Part shown: positions 11,438 to 21,796 of the stretch, in pieces
Numbering within the stretch: the stretch's first letter is position 1
Layout: every line of letters starts with the position of its first letter
Assembly: GCA_963839625.1 (NCBI GenBank)
Contig: CAWIWE010000021.1
Span: 2,249-66,248 of the forward strand
DNA from: an uncultured Actinomycetota bacterium
GTDB lineage: Bacteria > Actinomycetota > Actinomycetes > Propionibacteriales > Nocardioidaceae
Direction: 5' to 3'
DNA: 64,000 bases
Notes under the pieces: generated by a model
Seen by the model: the letters and a program-made list of their open reading frames with translations, nothing else
Told to the model about the DNA's origin: nothing
The model's database searches: none
Program-made: the position numbers and the translations under genes

Positions 11438-13001
11438 ATGAGCGAGAGGCGCACGATGGCGTCTGGCGACGTCCTCGCCGACCGCTACGAGCTCCAGGAT
11501 CTCGTCACCGAGCGGCTCGGTTCCGTCACCTGGCGCGCGAACGACAGCATCCTCGACCGCAACGTCGGCATCGAGATGCTCCCGAGCAGCGATCCGCGGG
11601 CCGACCACTTCATCGAGGCGGCTCGGCTCTCCACCACCGTCACCGACCCGCGATTCCTGCGGGTGCTCGACCTCATCGAGGACGACCACGGGCAGCACCT
11701 CGTCGTCCGTGAGTGGGCGCGGGCATTCCCGCTCGACCAGCTGCTGGCACAGTCGCCGCTTCCCAGCCCGCGCGCGAACCGCGTCATGACCGAGGTCGCC
11801 GAGGCCGTGGCGAACGCGCACGAGCGCGGCGTGTACCACCGTCGGCTCACTCCCCACCACGTGTTGCTCAAGCAGTCCGGCGCGGTGCGCGTCGTCGGGC
11901 TCGGGGTGGCCTCGGCTCTCGCCCCTGCCGGGCATCAGGACACGATCGACGACCTCCAGGCCTACGAGCAGCTGGACGTCGAGTCGCTCGGCAAGCTGCT
12001 GTACGCCTGCCTGGTCAGCCGGTGGCCCGGCGCCCACATCGACCAGCTGCGCGCCGCACCCACCGAGCACGGCCGGCTGCTGCGGCCGCGCCAGGTCCGG
12101 GCCGGGGTGTCGCGCGAGCTCGACGCCATCTGCGACCGCATCCTGGGCGACCCGCCGGCTCATCACCGTCCCCGGTTGTCGTCGGCCGAAGACATCGCGC
12201 GGGCGTTGCATCTCGTCGACGAGGACACGATCCGTCCCGGCGGACTCCCCCGCGTCTCTCCGGACCTCCTGCGGCTCGATCCCGTCGTCGTCCCCCAAGG
12301 CCCACCACCCGGTCTCGCGCCGCCGCGTCGTCGACCCAAGGCGTACGAACCGGCCCCGCCCACCACGCTGGAGCGTGGCAAGGCCAGAGCCCTCGAGTCC
12401 GTCAAGGGCGACCGGCGCTACGTGCTCGCGGGCGTGGCCGGCGCCCTGCTCCTCGCGTCCTTTCTCGGGTACCTCGTCAGCCGCGACTCCGGCGGTGAGG
12501 AGCCCACGCCGGGAGCGCGTCGACCCGACCTCGGCCGTGCGGAATCTGCCGATCGCGGCCGTGAACGACATCGATCCGCAGGGTGAGGACGACGAGGAGA
12601 ATCCGGACGACGTCGCTCTGGTCATGGATGGCGACGTGAACACCGGGTGGAGCACCACCACCTACTTCGGTCAAGCCGCGCTCGGCGGCCTCAAGGACGG
12701 CGTCGGCGTGGTGCTCGACCTCGGTGGCCCGCGTGAGCTCAGCTCGTTGCGGATCCGCCTGGCCGGCGGGCCCACCGACGTTTCGGTGTACGCATCGTCA
12801 CCGGGAGCGGAGGAGCCCCGCTCGCTCAAGGGCCTTCGCAAGATCGCCACCCTCGACGCCGCCGGGCCGGACGCCTCGGTGAGCCTTCAGTCCGGTCTCC
12901 TCACCCGCTACGTCGTGGTGTGGCTCACCGAACTGCCAGAGGTCGAACCCGACAACTTCCAGGGCGAGATTCGCGAGATCTCGGTCCAGGGCCGCTCCTG
13001 A
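11438..13001 (+). pseudogene. MviN-associated pseudokinase with TM and extracellular domain, split by a +1 frameshift (real or sequencing error)
   Basis: ORF 11438..12586 has a kinase-like domain (RYEL, HRRLTPHH) and a TM; the frame ending at 13001 has DGDVNTGWST...GGLKDGVG...RYVVVWLT; deleting one G at 12511-12513 joins them into 520 aa. Confidence 0.75.
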
Positions 13002-13041
13002 GCGATCGCGACTACCGAGCGTGGAGCGGCGACGCTCGCAG

Positions 13042-13067
13042 GGAATGTCCACGTCCTAGACTGCGTT
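13042..13067 (+). promoter_or_regulatory. SigR/SigH-type promoter of trxBA
   Basis: GGAAT-N18-GTT matches the actinobacterial SigR/SigH consensus. Confidence 0.85.
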
Positions 13068-13101
13068 GAAGCATGAGACCCCAGCAGAGAGCACAGCACG
13101 C

Positions 13102-14079
13102 ATGAGCGACGACATTCGCGACCTGATCATCATCGGTTCCGGCCCAGCGGGCTACACCGCCGCCGTCTATGCGGCGCGCGCCAACCTCGCCCCGCTGGTG
13201 TTCGAGGGCTCGGTCACCGCCGGCGGTGCGCTCATCAACACCACCGACGTCGAGAACTATCCCGGCTTCCCCGACGGCATCATGGGCCCCGAGCTCATGG
13301 ACAAGTTCCGCGCCCAGGCGGAGCGCTTCGGCGCCGTCCTGATCCCCGACGACGTCACCGCCGTCCAGCTCGAGGGCGACATCAAGACCGTCAGCGTCGC
13401 CGACGGCACCACGTATCGTTCGCGGGCCGTCGTGCTGGCCATGGGCTCGGGTTACCGCAAGCTCGAGATCGAAGGCGAGGATCGTCTGTCCGGCCACGGG
13501 GTCAGCTGGTGCGCCACGTGCGACGGCTTCTTCTTCCGCGATCAGCACATCGCCGTCGTCGGCGGTGGCGACTCCGCCGTCGAGGAGGCCACGTTCCTCA
13601 CCCGGTTCGGGTCCAAGGTCACCCTGGTGCACCGCCGCGACGAGCTGCGCGCCTCCAAGATCATGCAGGACCGGGCCTTCGCCAACGACAAGATCGAGTT
13701 CGCCTGGAACTCCGAGGTGGCCGAGCTGCAGGGCAGCGACCGACTCGAGGGCATCACGCTGCGCGACACCGTCACCGGCGAAACCCGTCAGCTCGACGCC
13801 ACGGCGCTGTTCATCGCGATCGGCCACGACCCGCGTTCGGAGCTCCTCAAGGGGCAGGTCGAGCTCGACGACGAGGGCTATGTGCTCGTCCAGCCCGACA
13901 GCACGGCCACCAACTTGCGTGGCGTGTTCGCGGCCGGCGACCTCGTCGACCACATCTACCGGCAGGCCGTCACGGCGGCCGGCACCGGCTGTGCCGCGTC
14001 CCTCGACGCCGAGCGCTTCCTCGCCGACCTCGAGCACGCCGGGGCACCCGCTGCCGACGCCGCCCTCATCAAGGACTAG
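13102..14079 (+). CDS. trxB: Thioredoxin reductase
   Basis: [29 protein letters not shown]. Confidence 0.97.
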   Translation: MSDDIRDLIIIGSGPAGYTAAVYAARANLAPLVFEGSVTAGGALINTTDVENYPGFPDGIMGPELMDKFRAQAERFGAVLIPDDVTAVQLEGDIKTVSVADGTTYRSRAVVLAMGSGYRKLEIEGEDRLSGHGVSWCATCDGFFFRDQHIAVVGGGDSAVEEATFLTRFGSKVTLVHRRDELRASKIMQDRAFANDKIEFAWNSEVAELQGSDRLEGITLRDTVTGETRQLDATALFIAIGHDPRSELLKGQVELDDEGYVLVQPDSTATNLRGVFAAGDLVDHIYRQAVTAAGTGCAASLDAERFLADLEHAGAPAADAALIKD

Positions 14080-14113
14080 ACCGAACCCGCGATCCCGCAC
14101 CACAAGGAGAGAC

Positions 14114-14437
14114 ATGGCAGAGATCACTGACGTCACCGACGCCGACTTCGACGAGAAGGTCCTCGGGGCCACCGAGCCGGTCCTCGTCGACTTCTGGGCG
14201 GCCTGGTGCGGACCCTGCCGTCAGCTCAAGCCGATCCTCGAAGAGATCGCCCAGGAGAAGGGCGACAAGCTCACCATCGTGGAGATGGACGCCGACGCCA
14301 ACCCCGCCACTCCGGCCAAGTACCGCGTCACCGGCCTGCCCACGATGAACCTCTACTTCAAGGGTGAGCTCGTCCGGTCGATCGTCGGCGTCAGGCCGAA
14401 GTCCGCGATCCTCGAAGAGCTCTCCGAGTTCGCCTGA
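14114..14437 (+). CDS. trxA: Thioredoxin
   Basis: VDFWAAWCGPC; AAGGAG RBS. Confidence 0.97.
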   Translation: MAEITDVTDADFDEKVLGATEPVLVDFWAAWCGPCRQLKPILEEIAQEKGDKLTIVEMDADANPATPAKYRVTGLPTMNLYFKGELVRSIVGVRPKSAILEELSEFA

Positions 14438-14455
14438 ACCCTCACTATAGCGTCA

Positions 14456-14479
14456 TGTCGAGAAAGCGATTTGTCGACA
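14456..14479. terminator. Hairpin between convergent trxA and parB
   Basis: TGTCGAGAAA-GCGA-TTTGTCGACA, one mismatch. Confidence 0.55.
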
Positions 14480-14485
14480 AAGTAA

Positions 14486-15382
14486 CTACCGTCTGACGCG
14501 CCGCGGGTCCATCAGCTCGACGATCCGCTCGAGGTCCTCGACGGTGGCGAACTCGACGGTGATCTTGCCCTTGCTCCGACCGAGGTCGACCTTCACCCGC
14601 GTGTCGAACCGGTCGGAGAGTCGACCGGCGAGCTCGGCGACACGCGGCGAGTGAAGCTTGGCGCCCGACCGCCGGGCCGGGCGGCGCTTGCCGTCCGGCT
14701 CCACCGTCACGATCTCCTCGAGCGCGCGGACCGACAACCCCTCGGCAACGACTCGCTGGGCGAGCCGGTCCTGGATCTCGGAGTTGCTGACGGCCACCAA
14801 CGCGCGGGCGTGGCCGGCCGACAGCACGCCTGCCGCGACGCGTCGCTGGACGGTCGGCGAGAGCTTGAGCAGACGCAGCGTGTTGCTGATCTGTGGTCGT
14901 GACCGTCCGATCCGTTCGGCCAGCTCCTCGTGCGTACACCCGAAGTCGTCCAGCAGCTGTTGGTAGGCCGCCGCTTCTTCCAACGGGTTGAGCTGGGACC
15001 GGTGCAGGTTCTCCAACAGCGCATCGCGCAAGAGGTCGTCGTCGGACGTGTCGCGGACGATGGCGCCGATCGTGTCGAGCCCGGCTTCACGAGTGGCCCG
15101 CCAGCGGCGCTCCCCCATGACGAGCTCGTAGCTTCCCGAACCGGTCGCACGCACGATGACAGGCTGGAGGAGCCCGACCTCCTGGATGGAGTGCACGAGC
15201 TCGGACATCTCGTCCTCGTCGAAGGCCTGCCGCGGCTGACGCGGGTTGGGGACGATCTGCGTCAAGGGGATCTCGGCGAAGCGCGCTCCGTCGACCTCCT
15301 GCAGACCGCTCTCCTCGGCTTCGGCCGGCGACGAGGGTATGAGGGCTTCGAGCCCGCGCCCGAGTCCGCGTCGAGTGTTCAT
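14486..15382 (-). CDS. parB: Chromosome partitioning protein ParB
   Basis: [42 protein letters not shown]. Confidence 0.97.
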   Translation of the reverse strand: MNTRRGLGRGLEALIPSSPAEAEESGLQEVDGARFAEIPLTQIVPNPRQPRQAFDEDEMSELVHSIQEVGLLQPVIVRATGSGSYELVMGERRWRATREAGLDTIGAIVRDTSDDDLLRDALLENLHRSQLNPLEEAAAYQQLLDDFGCTHEELAERIGRSRPQISNTLRLLKLSPTVQRRVAAGVLSAGHARALVAVSNSEIQDRLAQRVVAEGLSVRALEEIVTVEPDGKRRPARRSGAKLHSPRVAELAGRLSDRFDTRVKVDLGRSKGKITVEFATVEDLERIVELMDPRRVRR

Positions 15383-16350
15383 CAGCCCTCTTCCTGGGGA
15401 ACGGCGATCTCGCGAGCGGCCTCGAGGTACGACAGCGCGCCGGACGACGTCGCGTCGTAGGTGAGGATCGTCTGCTGGTAGCTCGGAGCCTCCGAGATGC
15501 GGACCGATCGCGGGATGGCGGTGCGGAGCACCTTGTCCCCGAAGAACTTGCGGACTTCGTCCGCCACCCCCGACGACAGACGGGTGCGGGCGTCGAACAT
15601 CGTCAACAGGATCGTGGTGATCTCGAGCCGGGGGTTGAGGTGCCGCTGCACGAGGTCGATGTTGCGCACCAGCTGCCCGAGGCCTTCGAGCGCGTAGTAC
15701 TCACACTGGATCGGGATGAGCACCTCGCGGCCGGCCACGAGTGCGTTGACCGTCAGGAGTCCGAGCGATGGCGGGCAGTCGATGAGGACGTAGTCGATTC
15801 GGTCGCCGGCATCCTCGCAGTCCTCGAGGTACGACTGCAGCGCCTTGTCGAGTCGGGTCTCTCGGGCGACGAGGGAGACGAGCTCGATCTCGGCGCCGGC
15901 CAGGTCGATCGATGCCGGGAGCACGGTCAGCCCGGGAAGGTCGGGGCACGGGCGGACCAGCTCGTCCAGATCCGTGCCGTCGACGAGGGCCTCGTACACC
16001 CCCGGCGTCCCTTCGGAGTGGTCGATGTTCAGCGCGGTCGATGCGTTGCCTTGGGGGTCGAGGTCGATGACGAGGATCCGAAGTCCCTTGGCGGAGAGCG
16101 CCGCGGCGATGTTCACCGCGGTGGTGGTCTTGCCCACGCCGCCCTTCTGATTGGCGACGACGAACACTCGTGTGTCTGCGGGCTTCGGCAGCTGCACCGT
16201 GGCCTGGACCCGTCGAGCCAGGTCGACATGCTCCTGGGCCTCGGCCGCCAACGGGGTCGCGTCATCCTCGAACGGGGGCGCGCTCTCCTCAGTGACCGCG
16301 GAGTCGGACTCCGGCGTGGCGGCTGCCTGACGGGCGGCGGATCCACTCAT
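15382..16350 (-). CDS. parA: Chromosome partitioning ATPase ParA
   Basis: [35 protein letters not shown]. Confidence 0.97.
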   Translation of the reverse strand: MSGSAARQAAATPESDSAVTEESAPPFEDDATPLAAEAQEHVDLARRVQATVQLPKPADTRVFVVANQKGGVGKTTTAVNIAAALSAKGLRILVIDLDPQGNASTALNIDHSEGTPGVYEALVDGTDLDELVRPCPDLPGLTVLPASIDLAGAEIELVSLVARETRLDKALQSYLEDCEDAGDRIDYVLIDCPPSLGLLTVNALVAGREVLIPIQCEYYALEGLGQLVRNIDLVQRHLNPRLEITTILLTMFDARTRLSSGVADEVRKFFGDKVLRTAIPRSVRISEAPSYQQTILTYDATSSGALSYLEAAREIAVPQEEG

Positions 16351-16385
16351 GCGCTGGGCTCCGCGGCGACGTGATCCTGCGGGTC

Positions 16386-16401
16386 TGTTTCACGTGAAAC
16401 C
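16386..16401. promoter_or_regulatory. parS site
   Basis: Perfect palindrome TGTTTCACGTGAAACA upstream of parA. Confidence 0.95.
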
Positions 16402-16471
16402 ATCCAGCCAGGGGAAGTCGGTGAGGGGTTGCTCGACGCGGCCCGGATCCACCCCAGTCCTGCCGTCACAC

Positions 16472-17092
16472 TCACCGCGTCACCTCCACCACCGTCGTCG
16501 GAACCTGCAGGTCACCGTGTGAAGACACCACGATATCGGTCGCACCCATCTTGTGAAGAGATACCCGAGAGGAAGCGACCTCTTCTTCGGCCGTCCGACC
16601 CTTCAGTGCCAGCAGCACTCCACCGGGCCGGACGAGCGGAAGGCACCATCCGGCCAGCTTCTCGAGAGGTGCCACAGCTCGGGCAGTGACCACGTCGAAG
16701 CGACCGTCAACGTCCTCAGCCCGGGCCCGGAGCACCGACACGTGGTCGAGCCCGAGGGCGTCCACCGCCTCCTCAAGGAACACCGTCCGGCGCAAAAGCG
16801 GCTCGATCAGCGTCACGCGCAGATCCGGCCGGGCGATCGCCCACACGAGTCCTGGTAGCCCCGCCCCCGAGCCGACGTCAGCGACGGTCGCTCCCTGCGG
16901 CACCCGGGGCACCACGACCGCACAGTTGAGGATGTGACGATCCCAGATCCGCGGCACCTCACGCGGACCGATCAGGCCACGCTCCACGCCGGCCGATATC
17001 AATAAGTCGACATATCGTTCGGCCACCGGCAGTCGGTCGGCAAACACCCCCGCCGCGGACGACGGCGGTGTTTCACGTGAAACAGGCGCCAT
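16472..17092 (-). CDS. rsmG: 16S rRNA m7G527 methyltransferase
   Basis: [29 protein letters not shown]. Confidence 0.95.
   Translation of the reverse strand: MAPVSRETPPSSAAGVFADRLPVAERYVDLLISAGVERGLIGPREVPRIWDRHILNCAVVVPRVPQGATVADVGSGAGLPGLVWAIARPDLRVTLIEPLLRRTVFLEEAVDALGLDHVSVLRARAEDVDGRFDVVTARAVAPLEKLAGWCLPLVRPGGVLLALKGRTAEEEVASSRVSLHKMGATDIVVSSHGDLQVPTTVVEVTR
17069..17084. promoter_or_regulatory. parS site inside the 5' end of rsmG
   Basis: Perfect TGTTTCACGTGAAACA, read as VSRET in RsmG. Confidence 0.93.
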
Positions 17093-17115
17093 CAGCCGCG
17101 GTCACATGAGTCGCG

Positions 17116-17586
17116 TCAAGAGGCCGGGAGGATGACCACGTGACGGCCAGCCTCCTCGCCCTCGGACTCACTGACGAGTCCCGCGTCGGCCACCGTGTCG
17201 TGAACGACCTTGCGCTCGAACGGCGTCATCGGATCGAGCGGCATCGGCTCACCGTTCGTCTTCACCTGCTCGATCGCGCTCTCGGCGATACGGACGAGCT
17301 CCTCGCGACGGGCCGCCCGGTAGCCGTCGACATCGAGCATGAGCCGGCTGCGCTCCCCGGTCTCGCGGTACACAGCGAGACGGGTCAGCTCCTGCAGCGC
17401 CTCCAGGACATTGCCGTCCTGGCCGACCAGGTGCTTCAGGTCGCCGCCGACGATCGAGACCGCCGCGCGGTCGCCGTCGACATCCATGTCGATGTCGCCG
17501 TCGAGGTCAGCGATGTCGAGGAGCTCCTCGAGGAAGTCGGCCGCGACGTCGCCCTCGGCCTCGAGCTTCGTGGGATCGGTGCTCAT
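17116..17586 (-). CDS. jag: Jag/KhpB RNA-binding protein (KH-R3H)
   Basis: EGDVAADFLEELLD, LEALQELTRL, MTPFERKVVHD. Confidence 0.93.
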   Translation of the reverse strand: MSTDPTKLEAEGDVAADFLEELLDIADLDGDIDMDVDGDRAAVSIVGGDLKHLVGQDGNVLEALQELTRLAVYRETGERSRLMLDVDGYRAARREELVRIAESAIEQVKTNGEPMPLDPMTPFERKVVHDTVADAGLVSESEGEEAGRHVVILPAS

Positions 17587-18749
17587 CTCTTCTTGCCCTT
17601 CTTCTTCTTCTTGCTCTTGCTCTTGGGGCGCTGGTTCCTCGCCTGCTGAGAAGGCTTCTGGCCAGGCTTCTTCTGACGTGGGGGCTGCGGTACCTCGGAA
17701 GGCTTCGAGTCCTCCGGGTTCTTCTGCTCATTCTCCGCAGGGCTCTGGTCGCTCTCCGCGGAACCGTTCTCCTGACCGCTCTCTACGGGGTTCGGGTTGG
17801 CGCCCTGCTTCCGGCGCTCACTGCGCGACTGTTTCTTCGGCTGCTGACGCGGCTGTGGGTGCGGCTTCTCGAGCTCCTCCAACGGATCCTCGATCACCGC
17901 TTTGCCGTGTTTCGCGTCGCGATCCTGCTTCGCCTTGAACGCTGGCGTACCCGGCGCCGGGTTGTTGCGGATGACGTAGAACTGCTGGCCCATCGTCCAG
18001 AGGTTCGAGGTCGTCCAATAGATGAGGACGCCGAGTGGGAACGCCACGCCGCCGACCGCGAACACCACCGGGAGCACGTAGAGCAACATCTTCTGCTGCT
18101 GCGCATACGGACCGTTCAACGCATCCGGCGGCATGTTCTTCATCATCAGCTGACGCTGAGTGAGGAACTGGGTCGCACACATCGCCAGCACGAAGAACGC
18201 CGCGAACAACCGCGTGTTCCACGACTCGGCGAACTGGATCGGACCGAAGGTCATCAGCGTGTCGGCGATCTTGGCGCCGGCGAACGCGGCTTCCTTGAGC
18301 GACTCCGCGTTGTCGGCCGTCAGGAAGCCGCGGCGTCCCTCGGCACCGAACTTGGCCGCTTGGTCAATCACACGGAACAACGCGAAGAAGACCGGCATCT
18401 GCAGGATCAGCGGGAGACAGGACGCGAACGGATTAGTGCCGGTCTCCTTCCAGAGCTTCATCTGCTCCTGGGTGAGACGCTCCCGGTCGTGGCCGTACTT
18501 CTTCTGCAGCTCCTTGATCTGCGGCTGCAGCAGCTGCATGTTGCGGCTCGACTTGATCTGCTTGACGAACAGCGGAATCAGCAGCGCGCGAACCGTGACC
18601 GTCAGGCCGATGATCGCCAGGACCCACGTCCACCCGGAGTCCTCGGACATCACCTGCGAGAACAGCCAGTGCCATGCCAGCAACACGCCGGACACCGCGT
18701 AATAGAGCGGCGTCATGATCGCCGATCCGATGTCGCTTAGGAAGCCCAT
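17583..18749 (-). CDS. yidC: Membrane protein insertase YidC
   Basis: LQPQIKELQKKY, NPFASCLP..LQMP, IYWTTSNLW; K-rich tail; AGGAG RBS. Confidence 0.95.
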   Translation of the reverse strand: MGFLSDIGSAIMTPLYYAVSGVLLAWHWLFSQVMSEDSGWTWVLAIIGLTVTVRALLIPLFVKQIKSSRNMQLLQPQIKELQKKYGHDRERLTQEQMKLWKETGTNPFASCLPLILQMPVFFALFRVIDQAAKFGAEGRRGFLTADNAESLKEAAFAGAKIADTLMTFGPIQFAESWNTRLFAAFFVLAMCATQFLTQRQLMMKNMPPDALNGPYAQQQKMLLYVLPVVFAVGGVAFPLGVLIYWTTSNLWTMGQQFYVIRNNPAPGTPAFKAKQDRDAKHGKAVIEDPLEELEKPHPQPRQQPKKQSRSERRKQGANPNPVESGQENGSAESDQSPAENEQKNPEDSKPSEVPQPPRQKKPGQKPSQQARNQRPKSKSKKKKKGKKR

Positions 18750-19039
18750 GGTTCTCCTGTGGTGGGGGCGGCCAAAGACGACGTCGAGTACGTCGATGAC
18801 CTGCGGTTCTTGGGTGCTCGATGTGTCCGGGCCGGCACGGGATCGTAGCCTCCCGCGGCCCACGGGTGACAACGCGCGACACGCCGCATCGCCAGCCAGG
18901 TGCCACGCAACGCGCCGTGCGACTGAACGGCCTCCAGCGCGTACGCCGAGCAGGTCGGGTGGTACCGACACACCTGGCCGTAGAGCGGACTGATCGCGAA
19001 CCGGTATGCCTTGAGCAGGGCGATGAGTACGTACTTCAT
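18737..19039 (-). CDS. yidD: Membrane protein insertion efficiency factor YidD
   Basis: CRYHPTCSAYA...RCHPW...GGYDPVP. Confidence 0.95.
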   Translation of the reverse strand: MKYVLIALLKAYRFAISPLYGQVCRYHPTCSAYALEAVQSHGALRGTWLAMRRVARCHPWAAGGYDPVPARTHRAPKNRRSSTYSTSSLAAPTTGEPWAS

Positions 19040-19395
19040 CGGGCACCGACCAACGGCAGCGCTGCGTCGAGGTCAGCGGCCAACATCGACGACGTCGCGT
19101 CCTTGGCAGGCGGAAGCGCCCTGACGACGATCCGAGAGCCGACTGGCAGATCGTCGAGGCGAGTCCGAATGGCGTGGCGGAGCCGGCGCTTGACGCGGTT
19201 GCGAACCACGGACGAGCCGACAGCTCGATTCACGACGAACCCGACGGACGTCGAACGACTGACTTCAGGGGCGGCGTCGGCATCAGCTGGAAGCACGACG
19301 TGCGTGACGAGGGTGGGTCGAACCGACCGGGCGCCACGTCGGACCGTGACGCGGAAGTCCTCGCCGCTGCGCATGCGATGGACCTGATCGAGCAA
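19036..19395 (-). CDS. rnpA: Ribonuclease P protein component
   Basis: VGFVVNRAVGSSVVRNRVKRRLR; TTG start just after rpmH. Confidence 0.93.
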   Translation of the reverse strand: MLDQVHRMRSGEDFRVTVRRGARSVRPTLVTHVVLPADADAAPEVSRSTSVGFVVNRAVGSSVVRNRVKRRLRHAIRTRLDDLPVGSRIVVRALPPAKDATSSMLAADLDAALPLVGAR

Positions 19396-19400
19396 CGGGC

Positions 19401-19538
19401 TCAGGCCGACAGCTTGGAGCGGCCCTTGCGGCGACGCGACGACATGATCGAGCGGCCGGCGCGGGTGCGCATGCGAAGACGGAAGCCGTGCTTCTTGGAA
19501 CGGCGTCGGTTGTTCGGCTGGAACGTACGCTTGCTCAC
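19401..19538 (-). CDS. rpmH: 50S ribosomal protein L34
   Basis: Manually translated [45 protein letters not shown] (45 aa, absent from the ORF track). Confidence 0.97.
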   Translation of the reverse strand: MSKRTFQPNNRRRSKKHGFRLRMRTRAGRSIMSSRRRKGRSKLSA

Positions 19539-19703
19539 GGGACTTCCTCACGACTCGGGCGGTGGGCCCTGGTGCTGGGGTGCTGATCTGGCTTTGTCTG
19601 GGGCTGGCCGATGGTGCGATGCAAGCCGGTCGACGGCCACCGCTCGCCCACAGAATCGGACTTGCTGTGAGCACGCGGCGGGTGTCGCGATGATGACCAC
19701 ACC

Positions 19704-19732
19704 ACGGTACGGGGGCACCAACTGACGGTCAA
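19704..19732 (-). promoter_or_regulatory. SigA-type promoter of the rpmH operon
   Basis: TTGACC-N17-TACCGT on the minus strand. Confidence 0.75.
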
Positions 19733-19810
19733 ACCGACCTTCCTATGACACGTGTGAGAGGCTCGTCCAGCCGACACGCCGGGCGGCGTCATGCAGATGG
19801 GGAAATCCGC

Positions 19811-19839
19811 TTGAACTGGTCTGGTCCCGCTGCTAGCGT
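19811..19839 (+). promoter_or_regulatory. SigA-type promoter of dnaA
   Basis: TTGAAC-N17-TAGCGT. Confidence 0.7.
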
Positions 19840-19855
19840 CGCCGCGGTATTCGAC

Positions 19856-19906
19856 TTTTCCACAGTGACTCCCGCGCTGGCATGTCGATGCACATTGTGT
19901 GGATAA
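19856..19906. promoter_or_regulatory. DnaA boxes in the dnaA leader (autoregulation)
   Basis: TTTTCCACA 19856-19864 and TGTGGATAA 19898-19906. Confidence 0.8.
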
Positions 19907-19932
19907 CCATGTGGAGCAACGGAGGTACCAGG

Positions 19933-21429
19933 ATGGGTGAGGCGCCGGATCGGGCTGAGGACACCGAGCTCACCACCCACTGGGAGAAGGCGATCGACAC
20001 TCTCTCCCCCGGCGCCAAGGTCTGGGTCTTCAACGCCACTCCCCTCAGCCTCCACAACGGCATTCTCATCGTCGCGGTCCAGGACGACCTCACCCGAGCA
20101 CAGCTCGAGTCCCGCGTCCGGCCGGCGCTCGAGAACGCCCTGACGAAATCGCTCGGCCACGACATCCGGCTCATCGTCACGATCGACCCCACCGAGGTCG
20201 AGACCCTCAATCGCGAAGCTCTCAGCGCCCAGGACGACCTCCAAGACGACATGTCGACAAATCTACTTTCACGTCCGGAGAACGAGGAGGTCGACCTCGC
20301 CGAGCTCGACGACGAGGAAGACGACGACGCCTTCGTCCCGAGCTGGGCGCAGCGCACCAACGTCGTGCCCCTCAAGCGCGGCACCGCCGCCGAGGCTCGT
20401 CTCAACCCGCGGTACCTCTTCGAGAACTTCGTCATCGGTTCGTCCAACCGCTTCGCCCACGCCGCCGCCGTCGCGGTCGCCGAGGCACCCGGCAAGTCGT
20501 ACAACCCGCTCGTCATCCACGGCGAGTCCGGCCTCGGCAAGACGCACCTGCTCCACGCCATCGGCCACTACGTGCTGAGCCTCTACCCGTCCTCGCGCGT
20601 CCGGTACGTCAACACCGAGGAGTTCACCAACGACGTCATCAACGCGATCCAGGAACGCAAGACCGCGGAGCTCAAACGCAAGTACCGCGAGATCGACGTC
20701 CTGCTCGTCGACGACCTCCAGTTCCTGGAGAAGAAGGAGTCGACCCAGGCCGAGTTCTTCCACACGTTCAACGCCTTGCACAACGAGAACAAGCAGATCG
20801 TCATGACGTCCGACCGACCGCCCAAGGCGCTGCGCACCTTGGAGGAGCGACTGCGCAACCGGTTCGAGTGGGGCCTCCAGACCGAGACCCTCCCGCCCGA
20901 CCTCGAGACCCGCATCGCCATCCTCCGCAAGAAGGCCGCCAACGAGAAGCTCACGGTGCCGGCCGACGTCATGGAGTTCATCGCCAGCCGGGTGCAGACC
21001 AACATCCGCGAGCTGGAGGGCGCGCTCATCCGCGCCACCGCGTTCGCGAACCTGCAGAAGACGACCGTCGACATGCAGCTGGCCCAGATGGTGCTCAAGG
21101 ACCTCGTGGCCGAAGGCGAGGAGCCCGACATCACGATCGGCCAGATCATGGCCCAGACCGCGACCTACTCGGAGTTCTCGATCGACGAGCTCTGCGGCGC
21201 CAACCGCACCCGCAACCTCGTGCTCGCCCGGCAGATCGCGATGTACCTGTGCCGCGAGCTCACCGAGATGTCGCTGCCCAAGATCGGCCAGGAGTTCGGC
21301 GGCCGCGACCACACCACCGTGATGCACGCCGAGCGCAAGATCCGCAAGCTCATGGCCGAGAAGCACGCCGTGTACAACCAGGTCACCGAGCTCACGAACC
21401 GCATCAAGCAGCAAGCCCGGCAGTCCTGA
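19933..21429 (+). CDS. dnaA: Chromosomal replication initiator DnaA
   Basis: LNPRYLFENFVIG, YNPL..HGESGLGKTHL, FFHTFN, GGRDHTTV; GGAGG RBS. Confidence 0.98.
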   Translation: MGEAPDRAEDTELTTHWEKAIDTLSPGAKVWVFNATPLSLHNGILIVAVQDDLTRAQLESRVRPALENALTKSLGHDIRLIVTIDPTEVETLNREALSAQDDLQDDMSTNLLSRPENEEVDLAELDDEEDDDAFVPSWAQRTNVVPLKRGTAAEARLNPRYLFENFVIGSSNRFAHAAAVAVAEAPGKSYNPLVIHGESGLGKTHLLHAIGHYVLSLYPSSRVRYVNTEEFTNDVINAIQERKTAELKRKYREIDVLLVDDLQFLEKKESTQAEFFHTFNALHNENKQIVMTSDRPPKALRTLEERLRNRFEWGLQTETLPPDLETRIAILRKKAANEKLTVPADVMEFIASRVQTNIRELEGALIRATAFANLQKTTVDMQLAQMVLKDLVAEGEEPDITIGQIMAQTATYSEFSIDELCGANRTRNLVLARQIAMYLCRELTEMSLPKIGQEFGGRDHTTVMHAERKIRKLMAEKHAVYNQVTELTNRIKQQARQS

Positions 21430-21796
21430 CGCGCATGCACACCTGGGGACGGCCTTGTGGGAAAGCCACCCGTTGTGGTGGACATCCACGTCCCTGGTGT
21501 GAAGACCGTGTGAACGGCGGGTTTCGGTGCACAGGGCACGGGGAGTGCCCCACCGCTTCGCCCACAGGTCATCCACCGGCCCTGACCGGCCCCCACCAGC
21601 GCAGAAGGCAGTTGTCCACCGTTTCCACACTGGCTACTACGACTACTACTCCTCTATATGTCAGAAGCACTCGTCAAGGTAGCTCTGACGACCGTGTGTG
21701 GACACGTCTCCCAGCGGTTCCCCGCCCTACCTCGGGCACCCGTCGCGTGGCAGGATTCATCCCGACGGCTTCCGTCCTTCCGAAAGGTCCTCGTTC
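21430..21796. other. oriC: Replication origin oriC (dnaA-dnaN intergenic)
   Basis: Many degenerate DnaA boxes; tandem TTGTCCACC/GTTTCCACA 21612-21629 followed by DnaA-trio run CTACTACGACTACTACT 21634-21650 and short AT-rich ctctatatg. Confidence 0.9.

Noticed and set aside
14438..14450. AACCCTCACTATAG-like resemblance to T3/T7 promoter ends
   Set aside because: Only a 10-11 nt partial match with no vector sequence around it; chance
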